Positions 27,404 to 40,550 of a DNA stretch of 64,000 nucleotides are shown piece by piece (within the stretch, counting starts at the first letter, position 1; every line of letters begins with the position of its first letter). The notes under the pieces were generated by a model. The model worked only from the letters and a program-made list of their open reading frames with translations, was not told the DNA's origin and searched no databases. A program made the translations under genes and the position numbers. The stretch is from Felis catus (Eukaryota): positions 182,468,001-182,532,000 of the forward strand of contig NC_058368.1 of the NCBI RefSeq assembly GCF_018350175.1. Reading direction: 5' to 3'.

Positions 27404-27574
27404 CTGTAGGCCCCACTAATTTGGAGCCATGATACCTGCTTGCTTTTTACTTTCTTTCCGAAGTTGATATCTCCTAGAAATTATCTACTTGTGCTACTGT
27501 TCACTAGGCCCTCCTTTGCCTACCCACAAATTGACTTATTTAATAATAAATCTAGAAATAACCCTTAACAAATG

Positions 27575-28310
27575 AATCATAGCTATTATTATGAATTATT
27601 TGTAATGTGCCAGGTCTTGTTTCTAAGCAAATTATATACATATATCTCATATAATCTTTATAAAGACCTTATAAGTTAGATAACATTATCTTCATTTAAG
27701 CTGAATGAATTGGCATTTAGAAAGGTTAACCAATGTTCTTAGGAAAAATGTCTAAAATCCTGACATTCCTCTCAAGCCCCTTCAGGATCTAGCCACAGTT
27801 GACCTCTCCAGGCAACCCACTGCCCCCGCCCCCCCCCCCCACACACACAATACCACCAACATGATGTAGGCCAACCAGGCTTCATTTCAATTCCTCAAAT
27901 GAACAAGTCAGTCTGTGGGAACCCACACTTACTGTGCCTGTTCATGGTGCTCTGCTCTTTGTTCCCTGAAATCCATTTCCAAATGTGCCAATTCATTTTT
28001 TGGCTTCCGCTTGGACATCACCTGCATTTAGACATGCTTCATCTAACCGTGCACGTTTAGGTTTTCCATTTGGAAATTCACTGTAGTTAATATTTGTTAT
28101 GTGTCCTCGTTTGCTTTTTCACACCTTGCCTAGTCCATTGCTATCTCCCCAGTGCCCAGAATGGTGTTGACCTCAACGTTACCACCATATAATTGTTATT
28201 CACTGACTGATAGAATGAGGGAATAGTGAATTAATATTCTCCAAACCACTCAGAAGCAGCAGAGTAGGGATTTTAACTTGGGTCTGATTTTGAAGCCAAT
28301 TCCCAGTCTT
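27575..28310. mobile_element. MIR (minus) interrupted by an L2 fragment (plus, about 27750-28230)
   Basis: aatgtgccaggtcttgtt..tttagaaaggttaa; L2-like tcaattcctcaaatgaacaag..tctccccagtgcccagaatggtg; MIR-like gcagagtagggattttaac resumes. Confidence 0.55.
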
Positions 28311-29575
28311 TTAGGCCTATGAGACCATACCTGTGTGAAAAGTTTCTCTGTGCAGCTGGCTTCATTTTGGCCCTTTCCAGCTACCAACCATGACCTTGCA
28401 TGAAGACAACTTGAGAAATATAAGTATTACAAGATCTGATCTCAGAAATAGTAATGACCAAAATTATTATTTGTGATTCCATACAACAGACATCTAAAAA
28501 AGGAAGGAAACAATAGTTTGCTTGACACTGAAAAATCAACATTGGATGACTTTAATAAAAATCACAACCAACAATGAGACATTTTTTAAAAATCCTCTAC
28601 TACTAGATATTATCAATTCACATGATAATGAGTTTAATACTGTGCTGGAGTTTCAAATGCCAAGTATCACGCTCTGTGACTGTTAGCAAATGGAGTTGCA
28701 CCATGTGTGACAATTTCATGATGATACAATCTGTGCTTCCCCACATATTTCAATAGATAGCAAGTGGTTTTGGTTAAGACTTATCTAACCAGTCCTCAGA
28801 TTTCATTGAACTTCATTATGATCGGATGACCTCCTCAAATCCAATAACAAATAGTGGCACAATTCTCTGCAAATGAATGAATGGATATGTTTAGAATATC
28901 TAAAATGCCTTGTGAAATATGTTTAATTATGCATAGGTTAACAGCTGTTTGTTTAGTGTGCTGTATATAGGATGAGACATTCAAGTCAGAAATAATATAT
29001 AACCTATTGGAAAAGGATATTAAAGACAGCTACTGTGTAAACATCCACTTTGGAGCTGTATGTCAAATGTCAACATTCCAAATATATGAGTAACTGCATT
29101 TTCTTATCTTTCCTACTGCTTGTGGTTTTGTAATTAGTCCACTGGGCAATGGCAATATTACAAAGAGGCTATTAATCTAAATTCATGATTTAATTCTACA
29201 TTGAAAAAAAAAAAAAAAAAAACCTCTTAGCTAGTAGCTAAAGCTTAAATTCTGAGCCCAACCTAAACACAAATGAATGACTTAACACGAAACGAAGACA
29301 AGCTGACCCCCACTCCCATGCACAATAACAACAAAGTCTCTGGAAGGGCAGTTTCCTTAACCCTTAAACTTGGGGAATCCAAAGTAATTAATGGCAGAGT
29401 AAAAATGACAATAGTTCTTTCAGACTAACAGAAACGACTTGCATCTCTATAACTGAATTATATATTGTCATATGTAAAGGTTTTTGTACTGATCTCTCAA
29501 ATTACTCATATTACCTACCATTGCTTGGATCTCCTTTGGAAGCAAAGTTGATATATCATATTTTTTTCTGCTAAA

Positions 29576-29576
<1 letters not shown>

Positions 29577-29632
<56 letters not shown>
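29577..29632. repeat. (TA)n microsatellite
   Basis: Directly visible. Confidence 0.95.
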
Positions 29633-29633
<1 letters not shown>

Positions 29634-29962
29634 TTATGATTAGTGAAGAAAATGTCTGATAAAAATATCTTTTAAAAATTAATTCCCATGGCCAATTCCC
29701 TATTGCCTGTGGATGGGAGGAAAACATCCACATCCTCTGTCAACTTATCTTTGGATTTTTAAACTTCTATTTCATTCCAACAGGAAATTACTTAGATATA
29801 AAAACATAAATGTGCTAAAATGTTTGCAAGGACAATGTAATGGCTTATAGAGGACTACTAAATGATTAGTAGAAAAAAGGGAAATAAGAAATACATTTTA
29901 ATTTTATTGACAACTTACTATAAGACGATCACAGGGACATTCTTTTTAAAAATGATGCATGA

Positions 29963-30178
29963 TGGAGAGCCTGGGTGGCTCAGTCAGTTAAGCGTTAGAC
30001 TTTCTATTTCTGCTCAGGTCATGATCTTGTGGTTTATGAGACTGAGCCCCATGTCAGGCTCTGTGCAGACAATGCCGAATCTGCTTGGGATTCTCATTGT
30101 CTCTCTCCATCTGTCCATCCCTCGTTCATGTGCACACGTTCTCTCTTTCTCAAAATAAATAAACATGAAAAAAGAAAA
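29963..30178 (+). mobile_element. Can-SINE
   Basis: gagcctgggtggctcagtcagttaagcg head; caaaataaataaaca tail. Confidence 0.93.
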
Positions 30179-30230
30179 CACGGCACTGGAGAAAACATCC
30201 AGATTCTTCATTAAAAAACAAATGGCGTGT

Positions 30231-30445
30231 GGGGCACCTGTGTGACTCGGTTAAGTGTCCAGCTTCGGTTCAGGTCATGATCTCACAATTCCTGGGTTCA
30301 AGCCCCATGTCGGGCTCTGTGCTGACAGCTCAGAGCCTGGAGCCTGTTTCAGATTCTGTGTCTCCCTGTCTTTCTCTGCTCTTCCCTTGCTTGTATTCTA
30401 TCTCTCTCTCCCTCTTAAAAATAAACATTTAAAAAATTAAAAAAA
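30231..30445 (+). mobile_element. Felid Can-SINE
   Basis: ggggcacctg head; gctgacagctcagagcctggagcc body; degenerate TSD aaaaaacaaa..gtgt. Confidence 0.93.
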
Positions 30446-30834
30446 AAACAAAGGGTGTACCATATAATCATTACTAAAGTTCCATATGATAAATTATGTT
30501 AGTTTTGCTTTCCTTATAATTCAGCAGTTATGCATCATACCCATAATTATCAACTAGATATTGTAAAGATCAAAAATTTAATTCCATGTCTATTTTAGTT
30601 TGAAATCTATGCTCTTGTTATGTATTTTGGATCACATAAGCAATATTTGTTAAATATCTCCTATTCACACCAGGTGCTATGCTTATTCTCATAGCTCTGC
30701 AAAAACTCATAGCTTAAACGAGAATATAAATTAATAAGTACATAATTACAATAGATTAAAAAAAGAAAAGACTACACAACAATACAGATGAACTCAGGGA
30801 AATGGATTCTTTTATCGGGATGTTCAATATGTTA

Positions 30835-31352
30835 CCTTAAATTAGAATGTGTTGCTATTTTCAAATATACAGAAGTATATAAGAAAATTAAGGTGGCCCA
30901 TTATGACATCCACCAAATACCAATGACATTATAAATTACTAGATCAAGAGGTACTGAACATAATGTGAAAACCCCTCTTATCCCAAACACCTGTCCTTAG
31001 AGCTATTTTGCTAAATGTTTCCTTTATATGTGCACATACACATACTTGTGTATGACTTACTGGATCACTGTGTGGACATTATTGCATCTTGCATTTTTTA
31101 GAATGATATAACTTGTGATGATTTCTGTGTTAATACATTAATGTCTATCACACTTATTTTAATAGATCAGCAGTTTTTTACTGTATAGAGGTACCAGAAT
31201 TGATCTAATTAATCTCTACTGGTCAACACTTCAGTTGTTTTCAGTATTTGTTATTAAAAATGATGCATTGAACATCCTATGCATGCGTGTTTAAATATGA
31301 AATTTTTGTGTATATTGGTGAATTCCTAACAATAAGATTGCTAAATCACATA
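30835..31352 (-). mobile_element. Old L1ME-like 3' fragment
   Basis: tatacagaagtatataag..ttgttttcagtatttgttattaaaaatgatgcattgaacatcct..aagattgctaaatca. Confidence 0.65.
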
Positions 31353-31360
31353 TTGACTTG

Positions 31361-31493
31361 TAACTGACAAATTTGTATATTGTTAAGTAGAATCCCTATT
31401 CTCTAAATAAATAAGAAAATAATATTTGAAAATTAGGACTAATTTAAGGGTTTTAGTCCCAAATAAGCTTAGACATCAATCCAGAATTATTAT
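31361..31493 (+). repeat. 133-bp direct duplication, copy 1
   Basis: Identical to 32891-33023 except one substitution (31452 t versus 32982 c). Confidence 0.97.
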
Positions 31494-32890
31494 ATTCCCT
31501 GATAAATGATCAAGGCAGTTGATCCAAAGTATAGAAAAAAAGATTACAGACTTTACATTTTATGCTATTTAAAACAGTTCTCAAAAAGGGAATGAGAATA
31601 TATATAAACTCTGTGGTTTGTTTTGGTTTCCTTTTAAATTGAGTTATAATACAGAAGTCCATCAGAACCATCTGGTTTCCTTTATAGTTCCATGTTAAGA
31701 AAGATTTTTACGTGGTCATGTGTCTCATATTACTTTTCAAAGTAAAAAAATATATATATTCGTCTACAGTTTCTGTTGAACCATGCATCACTTTCTGGTT
31801 GAACAACATGTTTCAAAAAAAGCAAATAATACAAAATGGGTAGCTAACAATAATTGAATACTTGCCAGGTACCAGGCACTGTTATATATAATTAAATGCT
31901 TTAATTCATTTAGCCCTCAAACAATCCATGAAGAGATTTTATGATTGGAAATCTGAATCCAGGATAAACCCAAGTAGTCCCTCACCACAGTTGATGTTCT
32001 TATCCATGACCCTCTAGTTTTCTTAAGGATAAAATGTGTTCATATCATGAAACTCTGCTAAAAATTTATAATATTAGGATACTTTATCCTGGCTTGATGA
32101 GAAGTTGATGCAAATACATATTCAACTACAATTTAACTCTCTTTCTCATGACAACTTCCAGCAATGACTGATCAAAGGTCAATGAACACTAAAAGAATAA
32201 TTATAAATTTACCTAATAGATTCTCTCTATATCTCAATTGTCCCCTCCTTTTTAGATTAATCTACTCATTCTGATGGACTTTCTTATCCATTGGAAGCCA
32301 AGTTAGTAATAGATTTTTGTCCATTAAAACAATGAAGAAAGCAAGATGCATCCTGACACACCTGAAGTTTACTAGAAAAAAAGATTTCAATATTTTTTGT
32401 CAATATTGACAGAAAATTCCAAACATTTGAAAACTGTAATTTTTAATCATTAAAATGATACATTGATTATTTGTATTATTTAAGCATTTAGTGATCCACA
32501 GAGAATTAATCAGTAGATTATTATTAACATAGAGTATTTCATAATAACTTTAGACTCTATGTTTAGTTAGCTTAGCTGGTTTCCGATAGTACCAATAAGA
32601 CTGAGGTAGATCTCTACTTAGACAACAAGTTTTCCATAACTCTTACACAAAAGACAAATACCTTGCCCTACCTGATTCTCAAGGGGTAATGGACACAGAA
32701 AGCATAACATGATTACTACAGAAAGCATCTTCAGGAAAAGTGATGTTAACACAGCTTTTAAGTATGGTGGGTAAATAACACTGCTTTCATCTGTGGATGA
32801 TTATCAACATCCACAAATTTGTAACATTTTTGTTACATTTGTAACAAATTTGTGTAACATTTGTAACAAATTTGTATAAATACAAATTTA

Positions 32891-33023
32891 TAACTGACAA
32901 ATTTGTATATTGTTAAGTAGAATCCCTATTCTCTAAATAAATAAGAAAATAATATTTGAAAATTAGGACTAATTTAAGGGTCTTAGTCCCAAATAAGCTT
33001 AGACATCAATCCAGAATTATTAT
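32891..33023 (+). repeat. 133-bp direct duplication, copy 2
   Basis: taactgacaaatttgtatat...ccagaattattat, offset 1530 bp from copy 1. Confidence 0.97.
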
Positions 33024-33034
33024 TCTGGGCATAT

Positions 33035-33230
33035 AATTTTACTGGGCATTTAATATGCCAGGTATTGTCTTAAACACTTACACATATTATTTAATTTATT
33101 CTTCAAAGTAACTCTCTGAAGTAGGTATTTTATCATAAATATTTACAGATGGGGAAACTGAGGCAAAGTGATGTTAAATTGCTTGCCCAAATTGAAATAC
33201 CTTGTGGCAAAGCCAGGATTCAAATCTGGA
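33035..33230 (-). mobile_element. MIR
   Basis: tatgccaggtattgtcttaaacacttacac..tttacagatggggaaactgaggc..gccaggattcaaatc. Confidence 0.88.
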
Positions 33231-33528
33231 CAAAAGTTACTAACTCTGGCTCTTGGAAAGACTCAAGTATGTGAAATGAGAATGAGAGATGGAACTGTCA
33301 TTAAGTATATATATGCTCTCTGGGAAATATGCAAATTGCATATTCAGATATTTATGTCCCTTATGTTTAACTACTTTGAAATTTTTTAATTCCACATAAT
33401 GCTAGCCTAAAATGGGATTTCAAAAAATACAGATAATTTCAAAAATTGTTTTTTATTTTGATATCTTTTTTCTTTCTTACATACTTAATTTTCCTGCTAT
33501 TAGATCTTTATCATTGATTATTTTTATT

Positions 33529-33752
33529 TAAAAAATTTTTTAATGTTGATTTATTTTTGAAGGAGAGAGAGACACATACACACAGAATACGAGCATGGGA
33601 AGGAACAGAGAGAGGAAGACACAGAATCCAAAGCAGTCTACAGACTCTATGCTGTCAGCACCGAGACCGATGGGGGGCTCGAACTCACAAATGGTGAGAT
33701 CGTGACCTGAGCCCAAGTCAGATGCTTAACCGACTGAGCCACCCAGGCACTC
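33529..33752 (-). mobile_element. Can-SINE inserted at an L1 tail
   Basis: cttaaccgactgagccacccaggcac; TSD ttatttttatt on both sides. Confidence 0.94.
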
Positions 33753-34328
33753 TTATTTTTATTGTTTTCTAATTGACATGAGTGTCATATAATATAAAAT
33801 TAACCATTTTAAAGTGAACAATTCAGTAGCATTTACTACATTCACAATGCTGTTCAACCATAAACTATCTAGTTCCAAAATCTAGTAAGTTCTAAAACAT
33901 TTTCATCATCTCGAAAGGAAACCTCTTACTCATTAATCAGCTGTTCCTCATTCCACCTTCCCACAGTCCATGGCAATCGCCGATTTGCATTTTGTCTCTA
34001 TGGATTTACCTATTCTGAATATTTCATATAGAATGAGTCATACAACATGTAATCTTTTGTGTCTGGTTTCTTTTACTTACTCACTTATGTTTTAGAAGTT
34101 CATTCATGTTGTAGCATGACAAGTTCTTCATCAGTTTTATGGCTGAAAAATCGCCCATCATATCTGTATATCGCCATGTTTTTATTCATTCACGTATTCA
34201 TGAACATTTGGGGTATTTCTATCTGTTGGCTATTGTGAATAGTGCTTCGATGAACATGCATGTACATAAATTTGTGTGAGTACCAATTTTTAATTCTTTT
34301 AGGTATATAACTAGGAGTAGAATTATTG
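33753..34328 (-). mobile_element. L1M (L1MB/MC-like) 3' end
   Basis: ataaaattaaccattttaaagtgaacaattcagtagcattt..tgtctctatggatttacctattctg..ggctattgtgaatagtgct..ctaggagtagaatt. Confidence 0.9.
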
Positions 34329-34419
34329 TTTTTTATATTGTTTTCTTTTTTTTAAACAGTCAAGCCATTCACCTTAAACTAACTTTACTCAATCAGTCAA
34401 GCATTACTAGCTACAACTC

Positions 34420-35060
34420 AATCTATTTCCCCCACTTGGTATGACAACTTCTAGGGACAATCGTCTATATTTCTTGCTTCCATTTACTCACTCTTCACTT
34501 TTTCCTTAATTCATTCCATTTTAGCTTCTGCCTTTCTTTATTCTGCACCAAAACATACTTCACTGGAGTCACTGAAAATTTCCAGGTTTCTATTAAAGTC
34601 TCTTGCTGCCTCAACAGCATTCAGCACCGTTAATCAATTCCTTCTTCTGGAAACACTATATTCCCTTGGATTCTCTAGTCCCTTGGACATTACATTTCCT
34701 GGTAATCTGTCTGGATCTTTCTTATCATTTGCAAGACTAACCTCTATTGAGACTTTAGGCACTGGCATGTCTTAGGGCAACTCAGAGTACATACTTCTTT
34801 TTTGTCCGTATAGTCTCCCTAAGTGATCACAAAATCTCCCATAATTTTAAGTAGACTCTGAGGTGACTCCCCGTTGCATTTCCAATTGCACGTTCTCCCC
34901 CTTGTTCTTTTCACACTAGTCACACTGCTTCTAGTCTCAGTCAGCTGCTTATGCCTGTTATAGCCCCTCCTGGCAGGGGTACTTTGCACATGTTCTTTCT
35001 TTAGTCTAGACTTCTAGCTTTCACCTCAACTTACTCATTCTGATCTCTGCTCAGCTGATA
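34420..35060 (+). mobile_element. L2 fragment
   Basis: cctcaacagcattcagcaccgttaatcaattccttcttctggaaacact..ttcccttgg. Confidence 0.7.
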
Positions 35061-36482
35061 CACTGGATTTTCTAGTTTTCAGATTATGAGGCAAATTGCA
35101 GCCGGGAATTCTGCCCACTTGGATTGAGTATAATCCCAGGAGTTCTTCATTGTTTTAGGCTGGAAGAATCCCAGAGCAGAGAGAATGATATTTTGTTAAT
35201 TGTGAGAAAGGTCGTATACCTTTATGATCTGGATTTCACAAAGAAATGTTATTTTATTTTTGTGCCCTCGAAATGTGAAACAAAGTAAACTAGTTATATG
35301 ATGGGAACATTAAAAATTTAGGTAGAAACATTTATAAGCTTGGATTAATATTTAAACTGCTTGCAAAATGTTTTTATATCACATACTGGAAGCATATGCA
35401 GAAGTACCCCCAGGACATCTGTTTGAAGGTGATAGGACCATATTTATAGAAAAATGCAATACAGTGATTTGCGGGCCAGGATCCACCTTCCCAGTGATAC
35501 TGTACTGAGATATTCTCAAGTTATTCTCTATGGATTTCGCTCAATGTATATGTGTGGGCAGGTGCATTTCTTTCATGTGCAAGTACCCACATTCATGTCA
35601 GGTTGTACACACATACATTTTATGGAGTCACTGAAGAAGCCAAAAAAGGATTACCACTGGAACCAAATGGAGTTTCTCAAGCATTTTAAAGAGTGGCATT
35701 TGACTGATAACTGTTACTCCTTAATGAAATCACCAGCAAAACTATATGTGACAATGCCTTGCTTAGAATGAATTTTACTGATTACAATCAAGACTTATAT
35801 CAATAATTCCCATAATGGTCAGAATGGAAATTAATTGTGCTAATGATAGAAGACTAAACTTAACAGTCCCCTTAAACATTTTTTATGAATAGACTAGGAT
35901 AAAATATCTTTTTAAAAAAAACGTGCTTGGCTTGTTAAAAAAAAATCAAAAAAGGGCTCTGATTTTTTTCTTATTTTGTAATTAGAAAATTATTTTTTAA
36001 GTGATTCACTCTTTATAGGAATCCAACCATTGAGCAACAAATACATGTAGAGCTTCTAAACACCTATACTAATATATTTTCCAAATCAATTTCCTGTTAA
36101 TTTTACAAATATTACACTAATAAAGGTGACAAGAAGACATTAAACACTCCTCCCAGTGTCTTCTTAAACACTTCTTGCAAAATAAGCCCCACTCCTTAGC
36201 ATCGTATATAAGGCTCTCCAGCACTTCTGAAGGGCTATTTGCTCTGACTCTGCATATACCCCTTTATCCTTGATCCCAGGTAGTCCACCTTGTTATATTT
36301 ACCTGGGAGCTTTTGCTCACATCGACTTAACAGCCATTCTAATAATTCATTTTTTAAATGGGAATATACTACTCAGTATTACTTCTGAGAAAGCTTCCTT
36401 TCCTTTTGTTTCCTTTTATTCATTCCAGAGATTAATCAACACAAGGTGCAATGCAACATGAAAAATGTTGATATGAGTTTTC

Positions 36483-37003
36483 TGTGATAGACAGCCTGTA
36501 AGGTGGCCCACAGATTCCCCACTTCCTGGTATTCACCCCCTTGCCTGAGGGCTGAAACACTTAGTATGTCACTTCTGATAAGTGGGAGCCAGAAAAAAGT
36601 ACTGGGCTGCCACTTTCAAGAATAAGCAATGAGAGACTCTGGCTTCCAGTTACACACCTTTCTTTTTGTCCAGTCTATAGGCAATGGGCTGCCATGCTGT
36701 GTTCTCAATAGGTGGAGACACCAATGGAAGTAATGGAGGAAAGTCTCCAGCCAACAGCCCATTAGGAGACTTGCCAATAGCTACATGAGTGGTTTGGAAT
36801 GAGATCTACCCCCAGTTTAGCCTTTAAATGACTGCAACTCCAACAGACATATCCACTGTAATCCTATAAAGACCCAGAACCAGAGGTTTCCAGCTAAGTT
36901 GTACCAAAGTTCCTGATCTTTAGAAACTATGAGAGAATACATATCTGTTATGTAAGCTTCAAGGGCTCGGGGTAATTTGTTAAGCAGAAATAGGTAACTA
37001 ATA
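36483..37003 (+). mobile_element. MaLR solo LTR (MLT1E/F-like)
   Basis: tgtgatagacagcctgtaaggtggccc start; ccagccaacagcc; ggggtaatttgttaagcagaaataggtaactaata end. Confidence 0.85.
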
Positions 37004-37369
37004 TAGTTGCTAACAGAAATACATAACTAATGTTGTTGATTCTTTTTGGAAAAAATACATTTTACCCTAAGATCATGCTTTTCCTACATTTTTAGTGTTA
37101 AAAATTGCCTATATTTTATGATTTGATTGTGATAGTTTTTTTTTCCCCTAAGCATATAGCTAGCAAAATAAGTCTATCTGAGCGCATAGAATTTCTACTT
37201 AAGTTTTCTGATTAATGAAATACAAAAGTTTGGGAACTTGGGCTCCAAACAATTTTCTTATCATTTACATTCTTCTATTATCACTATTTTGTGTAAAATA
37301 GCATAAATATTTGTTTGCATCTAAATAAATATAAATACATTTAAATTTATCTAAATAAACTGTGAATAT

Positions 37370-37485
37370 CAAAAGTGTGAGGACTGTGTTATTTAAGCTT
37401 ACCAGCACCGAGTGGGGCGTCTGGCACAGAGTGCAGATTACACAACTGTTTATTGAATAAGTGAATAAATGCAACTACAAATGAA
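37370..37485 (+). mobile_element. L2 3' end
   Basis: gtctggcacagagt..tgtttattgaataagtgaataaatg. Confidence 0.55.
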
Positions 37486-37964
37486 TAAAAACATTGCTTA
37501 CCCATGTCAGCAGTTCTCCCACAATATTTGGGCATCATAATGTATATCACTATAGTGTGAAAATTCCATATATAGTAGTAAACATTTTAGACAGCCTCTG
37601 GATACCTTCTGATACATTGTTTCCTCTAACTAGAAAGTTCAGTTAATCAGAATGCCCATTCTGTTTTCCAAATCACAGTTATTTTCATGCCTATACTCTA
37701 TATGTGACACAGGTGAACGCTGATTCAAATTTTAAGTTTTCTATTTCTATCATCAAAAAGGAATAGTACATGTAAATTACTTATTTATATACTAGATCAC
37801 TTGTGATCACAGTCATGGGACTAATTAGAAATAACTACCGAAATACAAAATTCTTAGATTTATGCATCCCAAGGCAATGATTCAGGAAACATAGACACAC
37901 ACTCACATATACAATCCACTTTCTGTGATCAGATATAAAAGAAATAAATTTAAGAGTAACTGAA

Positions 37965-38199
37965 TGGGTCGCCTGGGTGGCTCCATCGGTTAAGCATCCA
38001 GCTTGGGCTCAGGTCATGATCTTGCAGTTCACAAGTTCGAGCCCCGCATCAGGCTCTGTGCTGACAGCTCAGAGCCTGGAGCCTGCTTCAGATTCTGTGT
38101 CTCCCTCTCTCTCTCTGACCCTCCCCTGCTTGTGCTCTCTCTCTCTCTCTCTCTCAAAAATAAAAATAAATAAACACATTGAAACAAAAATTAAAAAAA
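37965..38199 (+). mobile_element. Felid Can-SINE
   Basis: Full head, body and tail; TSD aagagtaactga at 37952-37963 and 38200-38211. Confidence 0.96.
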
Positions 38200-38762
38200 A
38201 AGAGTAACTGAGAATTGTCATATTAAGATAATATCCTTAAAAAAAGAATAGAAAAGGAAAGACTGGTTACTTGGTGCATGAAAAATACATGGACATTCTT
38301 CTGTCAGAAGATGTCCAATTGCTTAGCAAAAATGTGAGCCCACAAGTCACTGGCATTCCCAAAGAATTAAGTTAACTGCATTCAAATATTCCCTCAGAGA
38401 GAACAGTGACTGAACAGCTGATTGTCAGTGATGACCCTGTACAGTATGGCACCATAAGAAAATAGGACGATCACCTCTAGCATGTCTAAATCACATTGTA
38501 TCCTGGTCACTGGGCTATGTAACACCACAAGCTTTAAAGGAACATACTGCTGCGTAACTAAAAGTGACAACGAGATGATTTCAATAAGAAATGTATGTGA
38601 AGTTTCTTTTCAGAAGCATAGAACTGCTACCGTATAAAATGCAGAAATGTGATGACATTGTAAAGTGAACGCTATGTTATTTCCTGCCTTACTATGGTCA
38701 ATGTTTGGTGATTAAGCTCCTGTATGATAACAATAAATGAACAAAAAAAGTGGTCAAGCCCA

Positions 38763-39197
38763 CTGTGGAAATCAGATTCTGACCTGACTCCTGGTCATGA
38801 GCTTGTGGAATCCCCTCATCTTGAGGGTGAGCCAGGCAATAGGACTTGCAAACAATATCCAAATGTGATGGGACGTCACTTCCAAGCTTAGCTTATAAAG
38901 AATTGCGACTTCTATTCTGTTCATACTCTTTCTTTCTCTCCCTCTCTTGCTTGCCTAGTCTGATGAAGCCAGGTGCCATAGGAAGAGGCCTACAAGTCAC
39001 AGAACTGAAGATAGCTTCCAGCCAACAGCCAGTGAGAAACTTGTCCCTCAGTCCAATATGCCTTGAGGAATTGAATCATGCTGACAACCACATAAGTGAG
39101 TTTGGAAGTAGATCCTTGCCCACTTTAGCCTTGAGGTGAGGCCACAGACACTGATGGCATGTTTTGTGGGGTTTTATTTAAATTTATTTATTTATCT

Positions 39198-39247
<50 letters not shown>

Positions 39248-39574
39248 GAGATGGAGAAAGAGAGCAAGAGGCAGAGAAGCAAAGAGAGAATCCCAGACAG
39301 GCTCCATGCTGTCAGCGTGGAGTTCAATGTGGGGCTCTATCTCATGAATCATGAGATCAGGACCTGAGCTTAAATCAATTGTTGGATGCTTAACTGACTG
39401 AGCCATCCAGGTGCTGAAAAACACATTGATTGCCTTCCTCAAAAGACTCTGAAACAGACGACCCAACTAAGCTGCATCTGTATTCCACACCTGCAGAAAC
39501 TGAGAAGATGTGTTGTTGTTCAACTCACTGAGTTTTAGGGTAATTTGTTATCTAGCAATAGATAACTAATGTAC
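38763..39574 (+). mobile_element. MaLR solo LTR (MLT1E/F-like) interrupted by a SINE
   Basis: gaatcccctcatcttgag..ccagccaacagccagtgagaaact..ggtaatttgttatctagcaatagataactaat. Confidence 0.85.
39162..39414 (-). mobile_element. Can-SINE with (GA)n, nested in the LTR
   Basis: cttaactgactgagccatccaggtgc; tttatttatttat tail. Confidence 0.94.
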
Positions 39575-40124
39575 TTCTCAGTGACATACAAGGCTAGGTA
39601 GTACTAAGGAGATTGTTGCTATAGTTCCATTAGGAAGGAAAAAAAAACACTTGTTTTCTGTGATCAAATTTCTCTAACAAATACTAAATATTTCTATTAT
39701 AATAAGAGCAGTCATGGATAAAAAAATAATATGGAATTTTACTTTAATATTTACTTTGGCAATTGGGAAGAATTTGGACAAAGGAAACAGGGACTGAGCC
39801 AGGATCAGGCAAATCATTTCAAGTAATTGTGAATCATAATCACGACTGAACTAATAAACCAATGCTCAGGGAAAGCATGATCTGGGCTGATACCTGAAGT
39901 ACAGAGGGTGGTGTGGATGGATACAAAGTGGATACAGTGACTGGCTTATATGGTCAACTATGAGGACCATGGGAATGGCCAGGCTGATAATGGGTGTTCC
40001 TGGCCTAAATGGGAGAAGCACAGAACTCAATGGGACTTAGACTCAATGAGAGTCCTGTGGGCCATACAGGTGTTACAATTTCTTGATGTTATAGTGCATA
40101 TTTGTTCATTTTCTAAAATTATGG

Positions 40125-40550
40125 TATATATCAGTTTCAGTTATTCAGTTGCAAGTAACAAAACCCAACAAAGGCCTTGGGAAGGACAGAAACTAGGATA
40201 GTCTGGAATATTTAATGCAAGAACTAATGACTATGTGACAATTGTTTTGGTCTTGGCCATTCTATTCAATATTTAAATTTTCTGGGGAAGAAGTCTGATT
40301 GGACTAACTTGATTCCAATACTTGTCTCTGAATTTATTGTTGTGGTCAGTGGAGATGGATCCCCATTTGGCCATGTATATAGTTCATGTCCACCTTTGGG
40401 GTAATGACTCAACTCCTCTCCACTGCATGGACTGAAATGAAAAAGTGTCATTATCTGAAGGGAAATAAGGATGCTGTTCCAAAAAAAAAAAAAAAAAAAA
40501 AAAGGACATAAGGTTGCTATGTGAGTTAAAACAGCATGCACCAGTATAGA
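40125..40550 (-). mobile_element. Old MaLR-type LTR fragment
   Basis: tatcagtttcagttattcagttgcaagtaacaaaaccc resembles the antisense 3' end of old MLT1 LTRs. Confidence 0.4.
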
